Origin: Bacteroidales bacterium UBA5429
Lineage (GTDB): Bacteria > Bacteroidota > Bacteroidia > Bacteroidales > WCHB1-69
Reading direction: 5' to 3'
Assembly: GCA_002427605.1 (NCBI GenBank)
Contig: DIRT01000036.1
Span: forward strand, 3,717 to 67,716
Length of the DNA stretch: 64,000 nucleotides
Shown: positions 8,103-17,320 of the stretch, piece after piece
Layout: each line of letters begins with the position of its first letter
Numbering within the stretch: the first letter of the stretch is position 1
Made by a program: the position numbers and the translations under genes
The notes under the pieces: generated by a model
What the model was told of the DNA's origin: nothing
What the model saw: the letters and a program-made list of their open reading frames with translations, nothing else
Databases searched by the model: none

Positions 8103-9419
8103 CTATTTTCCTATACCAAAGTAAATTACGCCTCCGTTTCTCATCTCTTCAGGATCGTAAATATTGCGTCCATCTAAAAGCAACGGATGTTTCATTAATT
8201 CGGTGAGTGTTTTGGGAGAAAGGGTGCGGAATTGCGTCCATTCCGTTACCAGTAAAAGAGCCTCACTCTCCTGAATAGTTTCTTCGATAGAATTCATGTA
8301 GGTGACACGATCTCCCAATTGAAGTTTAGCCTTAGGCATTGCAATCGGATCATAAACTTGTACCCGGGCTCCATGCTTGAGTAATTCCTCAATAATAACC
8401 AAAGAGGGTGCCTCACGTAAATCGTCAGTATTGGGCTTGAAAGACAATCCCAAAACAGCGATTTTTTTCCCTTTCAGATCCCCATTATAATAACGGTGTA
8501 ACTTGTTGAATAGCACTAACTTCTGACGCTCATTGATTCTTTCAACAGCTTTGACCAATTCGAGTGAATATCCCAGTTGATCAGCGGTTTGAATAATAGC
8601 CTTAACATCTTTGGGGAAACAGGAACCACCGTAGCCGATTCCGGCATACAAAAATTTCTTCCCGATGCGTGAGTCACTTCCAATTCCTTCGCGAACCATG
8701 GAGATATCAGCTCCTACCAATTCACAGAGATTAGCCATCTCATTCATAAAGCTGATTCGGGTGGCTAACATGGCATTGGCAGCATATTTGATCATCTCCG
8801 CAGAAGCAATATCGGTGAAAATAACGGGGTGCCCATTCAAAACAAAAGGTTTGTAAATTTTTTCAAAATAGGAGCGTGCACGCCCATTCTCAACCCCCAC
8901 TACAATCCGGTTTGGACGCATAAAGTCTTGAATTGCATTTCCTTCCTTTAAAAACTCAGGATTGGAAGCAATGTCAAAATCGATATCAACACCGCGTTGA
9001 TCCAGCTCTTTTTGGATTGTTTTCTTCACTAATTGTGCCGTACCAACCGGAACTGTACTCTTGGTAATGACTAATAAATATTTGTCCATATGCTTTCCAA
9101 TGGTTTCGGCAACAGTAAGCACATATTGCAGGTCAGCACTGCCATCCGCTCCGGGAGGAGTTCCTACAGCAGAAAAAAGAACATCAACTTCAGGGAGGAC
9201 GGAAACAATGTCAGTACTAAATTTGAGTTTTCCTCTTTCAATAGTCCGGGTGAGAATCTCTTCCAATCCGGGTTCGTAAATAGGAGATATTCCTTTTTTA
9301 AGTTGCTCTATTTTGTTATGATCTATATCTACACAAACAACTTCAAAACCAACATCAGCCAAACAAGCTCCGGTTACTAAACCAACATATCCGGTCCCAA
9401 TAATTGCAATTCTAATCAT
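8103..9419 (-). CDS. ugd: UDP-glucose 6-dehydrogenase
   Basis: 438 aa with IAIIGTGYVGLVTGACLA, the GGSCFPKD catalytic Cys motif and the UDPG/MGDP dehydrogenase layout. Confidence 0.88.
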   Translation of the reverse strand: MIRIAIIGTGYVGLVTGACLADVGFEVVCVDIDHNKIEQLKKGISPIYEPGLEEILTRTIERGKLKFSTDIVSVLPEVDVLFSAVGTPPGADGSADLQYVLTVAETIGKHMDKYLLVITKSTVPVGTAQLVKKTIQKELDQRGVDIDFDIASNPEFLKEGNAIQDFMRPNRIVVGVENGRARSYFEKIYKPFVLNGHPVIFTDIASAEMIKYAANAMLATRISFMNEMANLCELVGADISMVREGIGSDSRIGKKFLYAGIGYGGSCFPKDVKAIIQTADQLGYSLELVKAVERINERQKLVLFNKLHRYYNGDLKGKKIAVLGLSFKPNTDDLREAPSLVIIEELLKHGARVQVYDPIAMPKAKLQLGDRVTYMNSIEETIQESEALLLVTEWTQFRTLSPKTLTELMKHPLLLDGRNIYDPEEMRNGGVIYFGIGK

Positions 9420-9454
9420 ACTTTTTTTCTTTTTTTTTCCTATTTTTGCTTTTG

Positions 9455-9462
9455 CAAAAGTA
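9455..9462 (-). promoter_or_regulatory. -7 box TACTTTTG for ugd-rfbD
   Basis: The minus strand reads CATACTTTTGCAAAAG, ~36 nt upstream of ATG 9419. Confidence 0.45.
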
Positions 9463-9727
9463 TGATTTTTTTTAAAATCAAATGAAAATTGAATTTAAAA
9501 TTGTTGAAAATCAGCAAATTTGATATGATTTTTTTGAGAAAATATTTTTTTTCCAAGCCCGTTTGTTTTTTTGTAAATTTATGTAACATAAATAGTTATA
9601 AAGCGTATAAATGATGTAAGTAACGAAGTTTTTGATAAAATTTTTCATTCAAATAGAAACTGTTTGAGGAAAAAATAAAAAAAATAAAAAAAAATAAAAA
9701 TTAAGAGTTATATATTAAAAAATGATG

Positions 9728-9735
9728 TATCTTTG
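9728..9735 (+). promoter_or_regulatory. -7 box TATCTTTG of giant adhesin gene 1, within a promoter block shared with gene 2
   Basis: ATATTAAAAAATGATGTATCTTTGCA is nearly identical to 17192-17218. It is preceded by phased A-tracts at 9668-9705. Confidence 0.6.
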
Positions 9736-9796
9736 CACGATGAATAGTAATGATTAAATTGCTACGCTTTATATATTGTAAAAAATTGAATTTGAA

Positions 9797-12700
9797 ATGA
9801 AAAAAGAATATAATAATCAAATAAATTCAAACCTTATGAAAAAAGTTTTACTCTTATGCTTTATAAGCATCGTAGCGTTGTTCAATAGCTGGACATACGC
9901 TCAAGAACAAGATTGTTGTTTCTGGGTGGTAAACGGGACAGAAAATACCGTCCTTGACTACGAGGAATACTCGTTGACCGCACCAGCTTGGCAAGAAACG
10001 CACTATTACTACTTCCACTTTAGAAACGACTGTAATCTTCCAAGAGATACCAAATGGTCTATCGGATGGGAGATTCGCAGAAATGGTGTGTTGTTGGATA
10101 ATAGTACTGATCTTGCAAAATTATCACAATATGCCGAAGTTGCATTTCAAATCAATACTGTAGAGTATGGATGGATTGGTGCTGCCGGAGATGAGTGGGT
10201 TGGAGAAAATGTGAGATCCGGAGTGGGTAACCAGTATGCAGCTCAATATTTAAATAATCCACTTTATGCAGATTATGCAGACTTCCCAGGAGCAATTGCA
10301 TATCAGGGAAATCCTGCTGCAGGGTATATAGACTTACCCAACTTCCAAACCTATAACTTTTTCTATCTTCATTTCTTGGAACACGTTAGTCAAACCAATG
10401 GAATGAGAATGAAAATTACATGGAATGGACCTTACTTTTATGGAGGAGATTACGAAATTAAATTCACCCTTTATCAAAGAACAGGGGGAACTACCATTGA
10501 ACATTATTATATCCCAACTCAACAACAAGATTACTTCGGTGGACACCAATCAGGAGTTTCCGGAATTATTGCTGAGTTTACTCTGGATCCAATGGATAGA
10601 GGAAGAGTAGAAGATGAAATCTGTGCAGGTGAAATTTATTCCTTCGGAGTTCAACCCAATGGTACACCTTATACCTATTTTGATAATACAGCTACATGGC
10701 CAAATTCAGTTACATCTGAATATATTGTTCCTACTTACATTCAACCTGAACCATGCTACGGTCCTGCTGTAGAAAGAGTAGATACATTAATATTAACAGT
10801 GCATCCCCTTCCACCGGCACCCGTTGTAGCTGATGTTGAAAGATGCGGAGCAGGTGAAGTTACTTTTACAGTTACCAATGTGGAAGATAACGTTACATAT
10901 ATATGGTATGCTGATGCTGCGATGACAGAAGAACTGGCCAGAGGAACTACATATACTGTGAATTTGGCAAATGATGATAATGTAGTTACAGTATATACAT
11001 ATTATATATTAGCACAATCTGAACATTGCGATAGTGAATTGATCACTATTACTGCAACCTCTAATCCTATTCCTGAATTAAATCTGGACTTTACACAAAT
11101 AACTTGTCCTTATAATCATACAATGGATGTAGTGGTGACAGTTACAGATGGATCTTATGTTGGAGATCTAACTTATGAATGGATCGGCGCTGCAGGTAAT
11201 GGAGCAACCGGAGTGGTTACCATTACTGATGAGTGTGATGTAATGTATTATTTCACAGTTACTGTTACTGATGAAAAAGGTTGTACTAATTCTGATACAG
11301 ACTTTATCGTAGCTCAGGACATTGTGCCTCCTACAGTAAATACAGATGCAGTTGAAGTTGTAACTATCACTGGTTGTACTGAAGATGCACTTCCAGCAGC
11401 TCTTGATGTTGCAGGATTAATTGAAGCCGGATTTGTTTTTACAGATGATTGTACTGATCCCGCAAACGGAACAAACTTTACTGCACAAGCAGACAGCGTT
11501 GTTAGAGGAGGAACTGATTGTAACATTATTTTAAAGAGATATTATGTGGTAAAAGACTACTGCGGAAATGCAAGTGCACCTTTCTACCATCAATTTAATG
11601 TTACAGATAATGAAGCTCCAACTTTTACAGCTCCAACTCAACCATATAATGCACAAAGAGATACAGGATGTACTTTCGTGATTACTCAAGCTATCTTAGA
11701 TCAAATTCTAACTGATTTAGCAATAAATGATAATTGTACTCCGGTTGCTGATATTCAAGTTGAGGTTTCTGTTACTGCCGGTACCTTAATTACTGAACCT
11801 ACACAAGTAACATTTACTTTAACAGACCTTTGTGACAATAAAAGCACTGCTACCGCTATGGTAAATATTCCATATCCAACTGTGACAATCAATGCAGTTC
11901 CTGAGTCTTTGGAAATTTGTAGCGGAGATCCAATTGCATTTAACTTGACTTTCGAAAATGCATTCCCTCCTTATAATATTGTATGGAGCGATGCAGCATT
12001 AGAAGGAACTGAAGTAACTGTAACTCCTGTGTCAGCTAATCAATATGTGGATGAAACATTTGTATATACCGTTACCGTTACAGATTCATTAGGTTGTGAA
12101 TTTGATGATCAAGTAACTGTTACTGTTTGGGGAAATCCTGAGTTCACTTTAACTGAAAATCACGCAATCTGCTTGGGAGAAACTGCAACATTGGTAGCAA
12201 CACTTATACTGCCACCTCCAACTGATACTCCAGTTGTTATGGCAATGCCAAATGCAAATGAGGGTCCTTTCACTTATTTATGGTCAACCGGTGAAACAAC
12301 CCCAACTATTCAAGTTACTCCTGACGAAGTAGGTACTTATACTTACTCAGTTACTGTAACTAATGAACACGGATGTACTACTGAAAAGAGTGTAACCGTT
12401 ACCGTAAATCCTGTTCCGGTTGCTACTATGAATATTGTAGGAGAATTTGAAGCAGATTCTTGCTTATACAATGATTTAACTGTTACTATTACTGTTACTT
12501 CTGATATTCCTGCGACTGCAGAATTTGTAATTCTTATTACTAAAGATGAAGAAGAGCCAGATACAGTTACTAATGTAAATGGAGTAGGAACTTATACTTT
12601 CGAAGAAGCTGGTACTTATGTGGTAACTGCTTATACCTATGATTCTGAAACCGGTTGTCAATCAGATCCTGTTACAGAAACCTTCGTATTCTACCCTGTT

Positions 12701-15700
12701 CCAGAATTAGAATTAGAGGCTGAACCAACAGCAATTTGTATCGGAGATTCATTCGTATTGACAGCTACTACAACTCCTAATTTGGATACCTATACATATT
12801 ACTTCAATGGAGAAGAATTAGGAACTACTATCAATAATTTAACTATTACTCCCGAAACTGTAGGTTTACATACCTATACTGTAATTGTTGTAACTATTGA
12901 CGGATGTGTGATTTATGATACATTGGATGTAATGGTGAATCCTCTACCACAAGTAGAATATATCACTGCAGAATCTGAGTGTCCTCATGTAGAATATAAC
13001 GCTCCTGTTGCTGTTATGACAGTAGGTACAGCACCTTTCACTTTCGTATGGTCAGGACAAGATATCGAATTTGACGGTTCAGGCAATCCATATTTTGCAA
13101 ATATCGATTGCAATGGCACTAACCACGTTACTGTACATGTAACAGATGCTAATGGATGTCAAAACACCTTCTCAGATATAGTATACTTTGTTGATACCAT
13201 TAAGCCTACTATTGAATTAGCAGGACAAGATTTAGAGTATTCAGTTACTTGTGACTTTATCACCAGCCCAAGTATTGAAGAGGTTATACTAACTGATAAT
13301 TGTACTCCATCCGGAGAGATTATTCTGTTCTTCTGGGAAGAAACAGAACCAGGTGTATGTCCTAATACTTATGATTTGATTAGAAAATGGAGAGCAAAGG
13401 ATAAATGTGGTAATTATTCTGATACCTTAGTGCAAGTTATTCACATCGTGGATGTAACACCACCGGTGATCACAGCAGTTCCTGCCGATTATGAAGTTGC
13501 CTGCGAAGAATTACAACCCTACAATGTAAATGATCCAGGGTTGGTTGTAACTGATAACTGTTCTGAAGTTGCAGATCTTACAGTTACTGTTACTGAAACA
13601 GTAATACCATATACTGTTGTAGGTACATATTATATTCACAGAGATTGGTATGTTACTGATGAGTGCGACAATGTTTCAGATCCTATGAGACAAACTATCA
13701 CAGTTACTGATGACGAAGTTCCAACATTGTCTTCGGATGCTCCTGCAAATATGATTTTGAATTGTGACGATGAGATTCCTGTTGCTGTGGAGTTAACTTT
13801 CACTGATAACTGTACAGATGATATCGTAATTCTACTTCAGGAAGTTTCTACTCAAACAGGTACTCCTGCTGATTCTACATACTATAATTATACTATCACC
13901 AGAACATGGATTGCTGTTGACTTCGCTGGTAACCAGTCTACTCCTGTAGTTCAAACTATTACAGTTGAAGACGTGACTGCTCCTGTATTTGATCCCGAAA
14001 CTCCGGCTACTATTACAGCTAACTGTGATGACACTGATCCTGCTGAGTTGGTAGTTTTCAATGATAATTGCCAGGATGTTATCGTTCCTACTTACACAGA
14101 TGAATCTACTCAAGGTGATGATCCTTTATTAGCAAATTACTATAATTATACTATCACCAGAACATGGAATGCAAAGGACGTATCAGGTAATGCTGCTATT
14201 CCATTTGTACAAACAGTTAATGTTGTGGATGTTACTGGTCCTGTAGCAATCGTTGATGAAGATACCCCTCAAGATTTAACACTATCTTGTGAAGAAAATC
14301 TTCCATTAGCTGACGCTACTATGGTTGATTTTGAAGACAACTGCTCTCCTGTAACAGTTACTTATAACGAAGTAGTTAATGCTTTCAATCCTGAAATTAT
14401 TGGACAATATACTATTACCAGAACATGGACCGGAACTGACGTTTCAGGAAATGCCGGAGAATATATTGTAACATTAACTATTCTTGACTCAGTAGCTCCT
14501 GTTGTTGTAGAAAGCACTATTCCTGCTCCTATTACAGTAGAATGTAACGCTCTACCTGATATAGCTGTTGTTGAGTTTACTGATAACTGTACTGCTTCAT
14601 TAGACATTGTTATTAATGTATATGATGTTTCTACTCAAGATGCTGATCCTACAGTAGAAGCTCACTATAACTATACTATCACCAGATCCTGGATTGCTAC
14701 TGATGCTTTAGGTAATAATTCAGATCCGGTAGTTCAAGTAATTACAGTTCAAGACGTGACTGCTCCTGTATTTGCTACAGTTCCAGCAGCTATTACCATC
14801 TACACTGATGCAGATTGTGAATATGATGCTAATCCTACAATTACCGGTTTAGCTACTGCTACTGATAACTGTGATCCTAATCCAACTGTAACTCATGAGG
14901 ATGTTGCTGTTGCCGGAGAAGTTCCAGGTGCTTGGACTATTACCAGAACATGGACTGCAACTGACGTAATGGGTAATTCTGTTACTGCAACTCAAATTAT
15001 TACAGTTGAAGATAATACTGCACCTACATTTACTGTTCCTGCAGATATAACTATTTGTAAACATGTAGATGGAACTTATGCTGATTTGATTACTCCTGAT
15101 TTGACTGGAGAACCAACCAATATCGAAGATAACTGTTCAACAGTGTTTACAGTTACCTATACTGATGATGAGTCTACAGCCGGAACAGCAACTACTGACG
15201 GTCATATCACCAGAACATGGAGAGTTACTGACGAGGCTGGTAATTATACTGAACTCGATCAAATTATTACAACAAACCATACTCCTGTTGTTGAAATCGT
15301 AGGTTCTGAAGGTATCTGTTATAATGAAACAGTTCCTCAACCATTGACTGCTACAGGTGCTGATACTTATGTATGGAGTACAGGTGAAACCGATGCTACT
15401 ATTGGAATTCTTGTAGCAGGTACATACACTGTAACAGGAACTTTAGCTAATGGTTGTTCAAATACTGCTACTATAGTAGTAACAGATTATGAAATCCCAA
15501 CAATTACATCTACTGTAAATGACCAAATTTGTATCGGTGATCAAATCACTTTGGTAGCTCAAGCTATTTACGAAGATGGTACATTAGTTGATGGTGATTG
15601 GACTGTAATTATGATTTCAGGTACTGATATCGTTACAACTGCCCATACAGGTCAAGTGGGTGAGTTTACTTACACATCTGCTCCTGTATTTGTGGATACT

Positions 15701-16678
15701 TACTTTGAAGTTGTATTTACCGATATCCACGGTTGTACTTATGATGTACACACTACTGCTACTACAATCGTGAATGATGATCCACGTTTGAGACTATACA
15801 CTGACACAACTCAAGCTCCAAATAACGTATTGGATATTGAAACCGGTGAAGTGGCTGAATTCTTTATCAAAATCGAAGTTTGTGGAGATTATGACAGAAG
15901 AGCTCAAATCCAATTCCAAGTGTATAAGGATGGACAAATTGTAAATGACTTCCTTCCATACTTAGCAGATAATGAGTATAGCGTTAGCTACTATATCGCT
16001 CAAAACGGTATTTTACATCCAAATGAGAATAATACTTACTATAACAGAATCGCTACTGGAACAATACCTTTTGCTAACACAGCTCAATATGCTCCATTTA
16101 ACGGATTCTTCGTATCCTACTCAACTAACGCTTATGACTGGTTCTACATGCACTTCTTCAACGAAAGATTTATCAAAGTTAAGATCGATGCATTGATTCA
16201 ACCAGGAGAATACACTATCGTTTACGACTTGGTAGGTGCTGATGCGTCTTGCGCTCTAACTGACAACTCAACTAACTATGTTGCAGGTATGTCATATGGA
16301 GGTAGCGGATTCTCATTCTGTAACAACACTATAGATATGGCTACAAATACCATGTATATTAATGTTACTGGTGATCCAATTATCAATGGACAAGATCCAC
16401 AACCAGCTCAAATTGCTCCTAATACACAAAGCAATGTAAATGTTTATCCTAACCCAGCTAGCGAAGAAGCTATTACATTACAATTTGAGAATATGAGCGG
16501 AAATGCTGTGATCAGTATTGTTACATTGAATGGAAAAGTACTTCATGAATTTGATACCAAGATTTCAGAAACTAAGAATTCTTATACTCTACCACAAATG
16601 AAATTAAATCCTGGAATCTATTTCATTAAAGTAACTAACGATAAAGCCGTTCTAACTAAGAAGTTAATCGTTCAATAA
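9797..16678 (+). CDS. giant T9SS-secreted cell-surface adhesin-like protein (N-terminal CCFW domain, Ig-like and ~10 HYR-like modules, C-proximal copy of the N-domain, type A sorting domain)
   Basis: 2293-aa ORF. The likely start is ATG 9836 (MKKVLLLCFISIVALFNSWTYA|QEQDCCFW). It contains repeated ~86-90-aa modules D-x-x-x-P-x-[FV]...DNC[TS]...[IY]TRTW.A.D..GN. The C-terminus is VYPNPASEE...GIYFIKV...KKLIVQ (Por_Secre_tail type). Confidence 0.85.
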   Translation: MKKEYNNQINSNLMKKVLLLCFISIVALFNSWTYAQEQDCCFWVVNGTENTVLDYEEYSLTAPAWQETHYYYFHFRNDCNLPRDTKWSIGWEIRRNGVLLDNSTDLAKLSQYAEVAFQINTVEYGWIGAAGDEWVGENVRSGVGNQYAAQYLNNPLYADYADFPGAIAYQGNPAAGYIDLPNFQTYNFFYLHFLEHVSQTNGMRMKITWNGPYFYGGDYEIKFTLYQRTGGTTIEHYYIPTQQQDYFGGHQSGVSGIIAEFTLDPMDRGRVEDEICAGEIYSFGVQPNGTPYTYFDNTATWPNSVTSEYIVPTYIQPEPCYGPAVERVDTLILTVHPLPPAPVVADVERCGAGEVTFTVTNVEDNVTYIWYADAAMTEELARGTTYTVNLANDDNVVTVYTYYILAQSEHCDSELITITATSNPIPELNLDFTQITCPYNHTMDVVVTVTDGSYVGDLTYEWIGAAGNGATGVVTITDECDVMYYFTVTVTDEKGCTNSDTDFIVAQDIVPPTVNTDAVEVVTITGCTEDALPAALDVAGLIEAGFVFTDDCTDPANGTNFTAQADSVVRGGTDCNIILKRYYVVKDYCGNASAPFYHQFNVTDNEAPTFTAPTQPYNAQRDTGCTFVITQAILDQILTDLAINDNCTPVADIQVEVSVTAGTLITEPTQVTFTLTDLCDNKSTATAMVNIPYPTVTINAVPESLEICSGDPIAFNLTFENAFPPYNIVWSDAALEGTEVTVTPVSANQYVDETFVYTVTVTDSLGCEFDDQVTVTVWGNPEFTLTENHAICLGETATLVATLILPPPTDTPVVMAMPNANEGPFTYLWSTGETTPTIQVTPDEVGTYTYSVTVTNEHGCTTEKSVTVTVNPVPVATMNIVGEFEADSCLYNDLTVTITVTSDIPATAEFVILITKDEEEPDTVTNVNGVGTYTFEEAGTYVVTAYTYDSETGCQSDPVTETFVFYPVPELELEAEPTAICIGDSFVLTATTTPNLDTYTYYFNGEELGTTINNLTITPETVGLHTYTVIVVTIDGCVIYDTLDVMVNPLPQVEYITAESECPHVEYNAPVAVMTVGTAPFTFVWSGQDIEFDGSGNPYFANIDCNGTNHVTVHVTDANGCQNTFSDIVYFVDTIKPTIELAGQDLEYSVTCDFITSPSIEEVILTDNCTPSGEIILFFWEETEPGVCPNTYDLIRKWRAKDKCGNYSDTLVQVIHIVDVTPPVITAVPADYEVACEELQPYNVNDPGLVVTDNCSEVADLTVTVTETVIPYTVVGTYYIHRDWYVTDECDNVSDPMRQTITVTDDEVPTLSSDAPANMILNCDDEIPVAVELTFTDNCTDDIVILLQEVSTQTGTPADSTYYNYTITRTWIAVDFAGNQSTPVVQTITVEDVTAPVFDPETPATITANCDDTDPAELVVFNDNCQDVIVPTYTDESTQGDDPLLANYYNYTITRTWNAKDVSGNAAIPFVQTVNVVDVTGPVAIVDEDTPQDLTLSCEENLPLADATMVDFEDNCSPVTVTYNEVVNAFNPEIIGQYTITRTWTGTDVSGNAGEYIVTLTILDSVAPVVVESTIPAPITVECNALPDIAVVEFTDNCTASLDIVINVYDVSTQDADPTVEAHYNYTITRSWIATDALGNNSDPVVQVITVQDVTAPVFATVPAAITIYTDADCEYDANPTITGLATATDNCDPNPTVTHEDVAVAGEVPGAWTITRTWTATDVMGNSVTATQIITVEDNTAPTFTVPADITICKHVDGTYADLITPDLTGEPTNIEDNCSTVFTVTYTDDESTAGTATTDGHITRTWRVTDEAGNYTELDQIITTNHTPVVEIVGSEGICYNETVPQPLTATGADTYVWSTGETDATIGILVAGTYTVTGTLANGCSNTATIVVTDYEIPTITSTVNDQICIGDQITLVAQAIYEDGTLVDGDWTVIMISGTDIVTTAHTGQVGEFTYTSAPVFVDTYFEVVFTDIHGCTYDVHTTATTIVNDDPRLRLYTDTTQAPNNVLDIETGEVAEFFIKIEVCGDYDRRAQIQFQVYKDGQIVNDFLPYLADNEYSVSYYIAQNGILHPNENNTYYNRIATGTIPFANTAQYAPFNGFFVSYSTNAYDWFYMHFFNERFIKVKIDALIQPGEYTIVYDLVGADASCALTDNSTNYVAGMSYGGSGFSFCNNTIDMATNTMYINVTGDPIINGQDPQPAQIAPNTQSNVNVYPNPASEEAITLQFENMSGNAVISIVTLNGKVLHEFDTKISETKNSYTLPQMKLNPGIYFIKVTNDKAVLTKKLIVQ

Positions 16679-16702
16679 TAATTTTTATAATTATTAAATA
16701 AT

Positions 16703-16738
16703 AAAAAAAGGGGGGACTGCAAAGTAACCCCTTTTTTT
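16703..16738 (+). terminator. Rho-independent terminator of giant gene 1
   Basis: AAAAAAAGGGGGG-ACTGCAAAGTAA-CCCCTTTTTTT, 25 nt after the stop codon. Confidence 0.6.
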
Positions 16739-16856
16739 GTATAGTATAGCGGAGGTTTTTATTTCATTCCTTTTACGACAGTTAGAGGAACAGATTGTTA
16801 CATCTATCGATTTAATTTGTTATTGGATCACTCATATTCAAAAAGGTATAATATTA

Positions 16857-17036
16857 TCGAGTGGGGAAATAAAATAACTAAAAGGAAAGATTTTTTCTGC
16901 CCCCCATTTATTTTAATTTCCAAATAAAAAATGAAAAATATCAAATCTTCCGAAGGCGGAAGGTGGAATAAATAAATTTTGAATTTAGAAGTTAGAATTT
17001 AGAAAAAGCTCAATACACAAATTCGAAATCCGATAT
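16857..17036 (+). repeat. dispersed intergenic element, full copy C
   Basis: The sequence is TCGAGTGGGGAAATAAAATAACTAAAAGGAAAGATTTTTTCTGCCCCCC...TTTCCAAATAA...(GAAGGYG)x2...GAATTTAGAAGTTAGAATTTAGAA...CAATACACAA...TTCGAAATCCGA. It aligns with the reverse complement of 4887-5040. Confidence 0.7.
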
Positions 17037-17208
17037 CATAATGTTCCCTTTTTCCTTTTTGTAACAAACTACAAAATTTTTCGTATGAAGGGTATATGGA
17101 ACTAATACTTTTGCTTAGAATTTCAATGCTTTGCAGTTCTAAAATAGGGTATATAGAAAAAAAAATAAAATATTTTAAAAAATATGTCTTTTAATATTAA
17201 AAAATGTG

Positions 17209-17216
17209 TATCTTTG
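17209..17216 (+). promoter_or_regulatory. -7 box TATCTTTG of giant adhesin gene 2
   Basis: AATATTAAAAAATGTGTATCTTTGCAG. ATG 17321 lies ~105 nt downstream, which implies a long 5' UTR. Confidence 0.6.
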
Positions 17217-17320
17217 CAGTTAGAATATAAGTATTCTGTATTAAAATATTTTTTATAACTTATAAACCGAAAATATAGACGAGAAAAAATAAATTAAATA
17301 ATTAATAAACACCAAATTTT

